A DNA stretch of 64,000 nucleotides, from the NCBI GenBank assembly GCA_046351515.1, contig JAXLYJ010000005.1, positions 370,892 through 434,891 of the forward strand, given 5' to 3'. A program made the position numbers and the translations under genes. Under the pieces are notes generated by a model. The model ran no database searches. It was not told where the DNA came from and was given only the letters and a program-made list of their open reading frames with translations. The stretch comes from Polyangiales bacterium. Its GTDB lineage: Bacteria > Myxococcota_A > Polyangia > Polyangiales > Ga0077539. Shown piece after piece: positions 60,652 through 64,000 of the stretch (position 1 is its first letter; each line of letters opens with the position of its first letter).

Positions 60652-61401
60652 TCACTGCACTCCCTTGCGCGCTTCGAGGACGCGGACGCTCTGAAAGAGC
60701 GCGAGCGCGGCGATCGAGCAGTAGAAGACCACGCGACGCGTGTCGACCACGCCCACGGCGAACTCTTCCATGTGCTCCCACTGGTTGAGGTGCGAGAAGA
60801 GCGCCTGCTGCGTCTCGGACTCGAAGACGTACTTGCCGAGCCCTGCGAGAAAGAGCCCGCTGGTGAGCGCGAAGCCGAGGATGAACGCCGTGACCTGCGA
60901 GCGGGCCATGGCGCTCGCGAGGATTCCCAGCGCGATAAACGCGGCGCCGAGCAGCATCGTGCCGAGGTAGGCCGAGGCGAGCGTGCCCCAGTCGACGGCG
61001 CCGAACTTTCGGATCACGAGCGCGTAGAGCGCGGTCGGAGCCCAGATCGTCGCGTACACCGTGAGCGCTGCGAAGTACTTGCCGAGCACCACCTCGACGT
61101 CGCGCACGGGCGCGGTCATGAGGGCTTCGAGCGTTCCGGCGCGGCGCTCTTCGGCGAACGAGCGCATGGTAATCGCCGGGCAAAACAGCAGGATCGGGAG
61201 GAAGTACAGGATCGAGCCGCCGAACAAGAGCTGCAGCGGCCCGCGGGTCCCGCTGATCTCAGGGTTGGCCGCGAACTGCTGCAGCAGCAGCACGAAGGTC
61301 CCGCCGTTCCACAGCAAGAACACGACGAGGATCACGTACGCCAGCGGCGTGTAGAAGCTCGCCGCGAGCTCGCGCTTGAAGATGGCCCACGCGCGTCTCA
61401 C
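60652..61401 (-). CDS. ABC-2 family transporter permease (GldF-like)
   Basis: 249 aa with 6 TM helices and an ABC-2 fold pattern. ATGA overlap with the ATPase gene. Confidence 0.75.
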   Translation of the reverse strand: MRRAWAIFKRELAASFYTPLAYVILVVFLLWNGGTFVLLLQQFAANPEISGTRGPLQLLFGGSILYFLPILLFCPAITMRSFAEERRAGTLEALMTAPVRDVEVVLGKYFAALTVYATIWAPTALYALVIRKFGAVDWGTLASAYLGTMLLGAAFIALGILASAMARSQVTAFILGFALTSGLFLAGLGKYVFESETQQALFSHLNQWEHMEEFAVGVVDTRRVVFYCSIAALALFQSVRVLEARKGVQ

Positions 61402-62406
61402 TTGGATTTCTCCTTCTCGCTCTCTTCGTTCGCCTCGCTCTTGTCCTCGGCGCGATCGGTGGTCGTGAGCTCACGAAACACCTCTTCGAGGCTCTTGGCG
61501 GCGAGCGCCACCTCGCGCACGCCCACGGACTCGCCTACGAGCGCGCTCACGAGCTTCTCGACTCGCTCGCTCGCGTCTCCGTCCTGGTCGACGAGCTCGA
61601 TCGACGCGCGTCTCACGTTGTCTTCGACCGTCTGCACGTCGAGCAACGCCGCGCCGTCGCAGCGGCCGAGCGCGCGTTCGAGCGAGGATTTCTCCCCGCG
61701 AAACACGATCGAGAGACCGCGCTTGTCCGACGATAGCCGCGCGCGGATCTCGTCCATCGTGCCTTGCGCGACGACCTTGCCCTTGGTGAGGATGATCACG
61801 CGCGAGCAGGTCGCTTCGACCTCGGGGAGGATGTGCGTCGAGATGACGATCGTGTGCTCTTTTCCGAGCGCTTTGATGAGCTCGCGGACCTCGACGATCT
61901 GGTTCGGATCGAGGCTCGCCGTGGGCTCGTCGAGGATGAGCACCGGCGGGTTCGCGACGATGGCGTCGGCGAGCGCGACGCGCTGCTTGTAGCCCTTGGA
62001 GAGCTCTCCCACGAGCCACTTGGCGCGGTCCTCGAGCTTGGTGAGCTCCATCGCTCGGGCGACGGCCTTCTTGCGCGCGCCCCCCGACGAGCGAACGCCC
62101 TTCAGCTCCGCGCGAAACGACAAAAACTCCTCGACTCGCAGCTCGGGATAGACCGGAACGGTCTCGGGCATGTACCCGAGCTTCTCTCTCGCGGCGATCG
62201 AGTCCTCTTGCACGTCGAGCCCGTCGATCGTCACCGTGCCCTCCGTGGGCGGGAGAAACCCGGCCATCATGCGCAGCGTCGTGCTCTTTCCCGCGCCGTT
62301 GGGGCCGAGAAATCCCACGATCTGGCCCTTGGGAATCTCGAACGAGATCCCGTCCACCGCGGCCCTCGCTCCGTATCGCTTGGTCAATCCAGTCGCGACG
62401 ATCAAT
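61398..62406 (-). CDS. ABC transporter ATP-binding protein (GldA-like) with acidic C-terminal tail
   Basis: Start placed at TTG 62404-62406 (M/L-IVATGLTKRYG) with GGAGA 6 nt upstream. Walker A GPNGAGKST, signature LSKGYKQRV, Walker B LILDEPT, H-loop. Confidence 0.8.
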
Positions 62407-62730
62407 GCCTTGTCTCCAGTGCCGATCCGCCGCGCTCGCGCCGCGGACCGGGCGCGGTTTCTACAACGGTTTTCGGTGCGCTCGGCAGGCTCAACGCGCG
62501 AGCCCCGCGAATCGTGCCCAAAAAGTTGCTGGGCCGCGCCGCGCGGGTGCACCTGAGAGCCCATGAGCGTGGTCGTCGCGACGGTCGTGGTTGGGCTCGT
62601 GGCAGCGGACGTGTACTCGGCGTTGACCCGCCGAATGCGCAGATGACCGCGGTTTCGCGCCGTTGAATCGCGCTGTTGCGCCGAGCAACTCCCTGTCGAA
62701 CGCGGTCTTGCCCTGCGGTCGCGGGCGCCG

Positions 62731-63540
62731 GTGGTACAACGTCGAATCGCTATGAATGGCAGCCGGCCCTCCAGCATCCCAGCAGATACCGCGGCCCCCG
62801 ACGCCGCGAGCCAGGGTGCCCAGGGCGAAGCAAACGAGCCTTCTTCCCCGCGGCCAAGAGCCCTGGACGGAGGTTCGCCCATGCACGCACCCGCCCTCGC
62901 TTCAGTCACGCAGCTTCACGCCTCGCAGTCATCGAGCGCGTCGAACACCGACGAGGGCATCCCTCCGTATGTGCGCCGCGCGCAGAGCGGAGACAGCGCG
63001 GGCTTTCGCGACCTGTACACTCGCCACAAGCGCGACGTCGCGCGGCTCGTCCTGCGCATGATCGGGCCTCGCGCGGACCTCGAAGACGTCGTCCAAGAGG
63101 TGTTCGTGCAGGTGTTTCGATCGCTCAACGCGTTTCGCGCTGAATCGCGGTTCAGCACATGGCTGCACCGCGTGACGGTCAACGTCTCGCTGATGTACCT
63201 GCGCGCGCAGAAGTCCCGCCCGCAGCTCGCGCGCGACAGCACCGTCCCCGAGCCCCCCGCGCCCGAGCTCGAGTCGCCCGCCTCGGGCGCCGCGACCGCT
63301 GAGCGGCTTCGCGCGCTCTACACAATCCTCGATCAACTCTCGGACAAAAAGCGCGTCGTGTTCGTGCTGCACGACCTCGAAGGCGTCCCTGCGTCGGAGA
63401 TCGCCACCATGGTCGACGCGCCTGTGCTCACCGTTCGCACGCGGCTCTTCTACGCGCGGCGCGAGGTGTACGCGGCGATGGCCAAGGATCCTGCGCTCGA
63501 CTCGATCGCGCGCGAGTTGGGTCTCGAAGAGGTTCGCTGA
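62731..63540 (+). CDS. ECF sigma factor with a long Pro/Ser-rich N-terminal extension
   Basis: Region 2 FRDLYTRHKRDVARLVLRMIG...VQEVFVQVFRS; region 4 RVVFVLHDLEGVPASEIATMVDAPVLTVRTRLFYARRE. True start may be the ATG at 62752 or further downstream. Confidence 0.8.
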   Translation: MVQRRIAMNGSRPSSIPADTAAPDAASQGAQGEANEPSSPRPRALDGGSPMHAPALASVTQLHASQSSSASNTDEGIPPYVRRAQSGDSAGFRDLYTRHKRDVARLVLRMIGPRADLEDVVQEVFVQVFRSLNAFRAESRFSTWLHRVTVNVSLMYLRAQKSRPQLARDSTVPEPPAPELESPASGAATAERLRALYTILDQLSDKKRVVFVLHDLEGVPASEIATMVDAPVLTVRTRLFYARREVYAAMAKDPALDSIARELGLEEVR

Positions 63541-63549
63541 GGTGCATGC

Positions 63550-64000
63550 ATGAGCGCCGAGAATCACCCCACTGACGAAGAGCTCTTCAACGGCGATCGA
63601 ACCGCGATCGAGCACGCCAAATCGTGCGACGAGTGTCGGGTTCGCGCCGTTCGGTTGAAGACCGGCGCGGCGCTCGTCCAACGCGTGCGCAAGACCTCTC
63701 AGCCCGAGCTCGACTGGGCCAAGGTCGACGCGATGATCGCGAAGGCCGCAGACCAGACCGCAGAGGACATCCGCGCTGGGCGTATTCGCAAGCCCGCGCC
63801 CGTGCGTCCGTACGCGGTCGTCGGAGGCGGGCTGGCGCTCGCCGCAGGCGCGCTGCTCGCGTGGAGGCTCGTGAGCGCGCCGGCGCCGCAGCAGCTCGCC
63901 CATGGCCCGTCGTCGAACCACGGTCCCTCCGCGCAACAGCCCGCGACCACGCACACCGGCGGAGAGGCTCCGCTGCCGGCGATCGCCGCGTGGCCCGAGG
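63550..64000 (+). CDS. Anti-sigma factor (zinc-finger type), partial, runs off the right edge
   Basis: ATG at 63550, 10 nt after the sigma stop. HAKSCDECRV (HxxxCxxC) and TM AVVGGGLALAAGALLAW. No stop in window. Confidence 0.55.
   Translation, partial: MSAENHPTDEELFNGDRTAIEHAKSCDECRVRAVRLKTGAALVQRVRKTSQPELDWAKVDAMIAKAADQTAEDIRAGRIRKPAPVRPYAVVGGGLALAAGALLAWRLVSAPAPQQLAHGPSSNHGPSAQQPATTHTGGEAPLPAIAAWPE

Overview
This is a high-GC (about 70%) chromosomal window whose gene content (many lipoproteins, ECF sigma/anti-sigma pairs, Ser/Thr kinases, PilZ/FHA proteins, a GldA/F/G-like ABC cluster) looks myxobacterial. I can support about 58 protein genes and one RNA gene.

Gene content, left to right:
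- 1-7.9 kb: an acyl-CoA catabolic cluster (thioesterase, SDR, RidA, crotonase, acyl-CoA dehydrogenase, benzoate-CoA-ligase-family enzyme, creatininase-family hydrolase, APC permease).
- 13.3-15.4 kb: prfC diverging from a clearly recognisable tmRNA (ssrA, tag peptide ANDNALALAA).
- 17.3-20.6 kb: an ECF sigma/anti-sigma(DUF4097) pair beside a secreted metzincin-like protease, preceded by a 33-bp-arm inverted repeat.
- 21.7-28.2 kb: PilZ-receiver regulator, split TonB-like gene, phosphodiester glycosidase, small PilZ protein, large GT39/ArnT-like membrane glycosyltransferase.
- 28.2-36.3 kb: M23 peptidase, two tandem paralogous Cys-containing secreted proteins, an FHA-transglutaminase protein, oligopeptidase A.
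- 36.3-41.8 kb: a SWIM zinc-finger gene pair, a cytoplasmic papain-like(C1)-TerB fusion, a secreted QPYVQPVV-repeat protein, YhhN, an (HD)7-repeat small protein.
- 41.9-47.6 kb: recX, a Ser/Thr kinase, a LysR regulator, an epimerase, two hydrolase/lipoprotein genes.
- 47.8-51.6 kb: a roughly 1,260-aa SWIM-SNF2 helicase.
- 51.8-64.0 kb: fadD-like ligase, hrcA, a second kinase, a DUF4340/GldG/ABC-2/ABC-ATPase operon, and a second ECF sigma/anti-sigma pair running off the right edge.

The most striking global observation is that at least nine otherwise well-conserved genes are split between reading frames by apparent single-base indels (TonB-like, M23 peptidase, both tandem paralogs, oligopeptidase A, Ser/Thr kinase, epimerase, SWIM-SNF2 helicase twice, DUF4340). 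I judge this more likely assembly indel error than true pseudogenisation. No CRISPR array, integrase or transposase was seen.

The best candidates for undescribed biology are:
- the SWIM pair next to the C1-TerB fusion;
- the tandem secreted paralogs facing the FHA-transglutaminase gene;
- the Zn-ribbon/beta-propeller pair;
- the long inverted repeat upstream of the ECF sigma;
- the benzoate-CoA-ligase-family beta-oxidation-like cluster.
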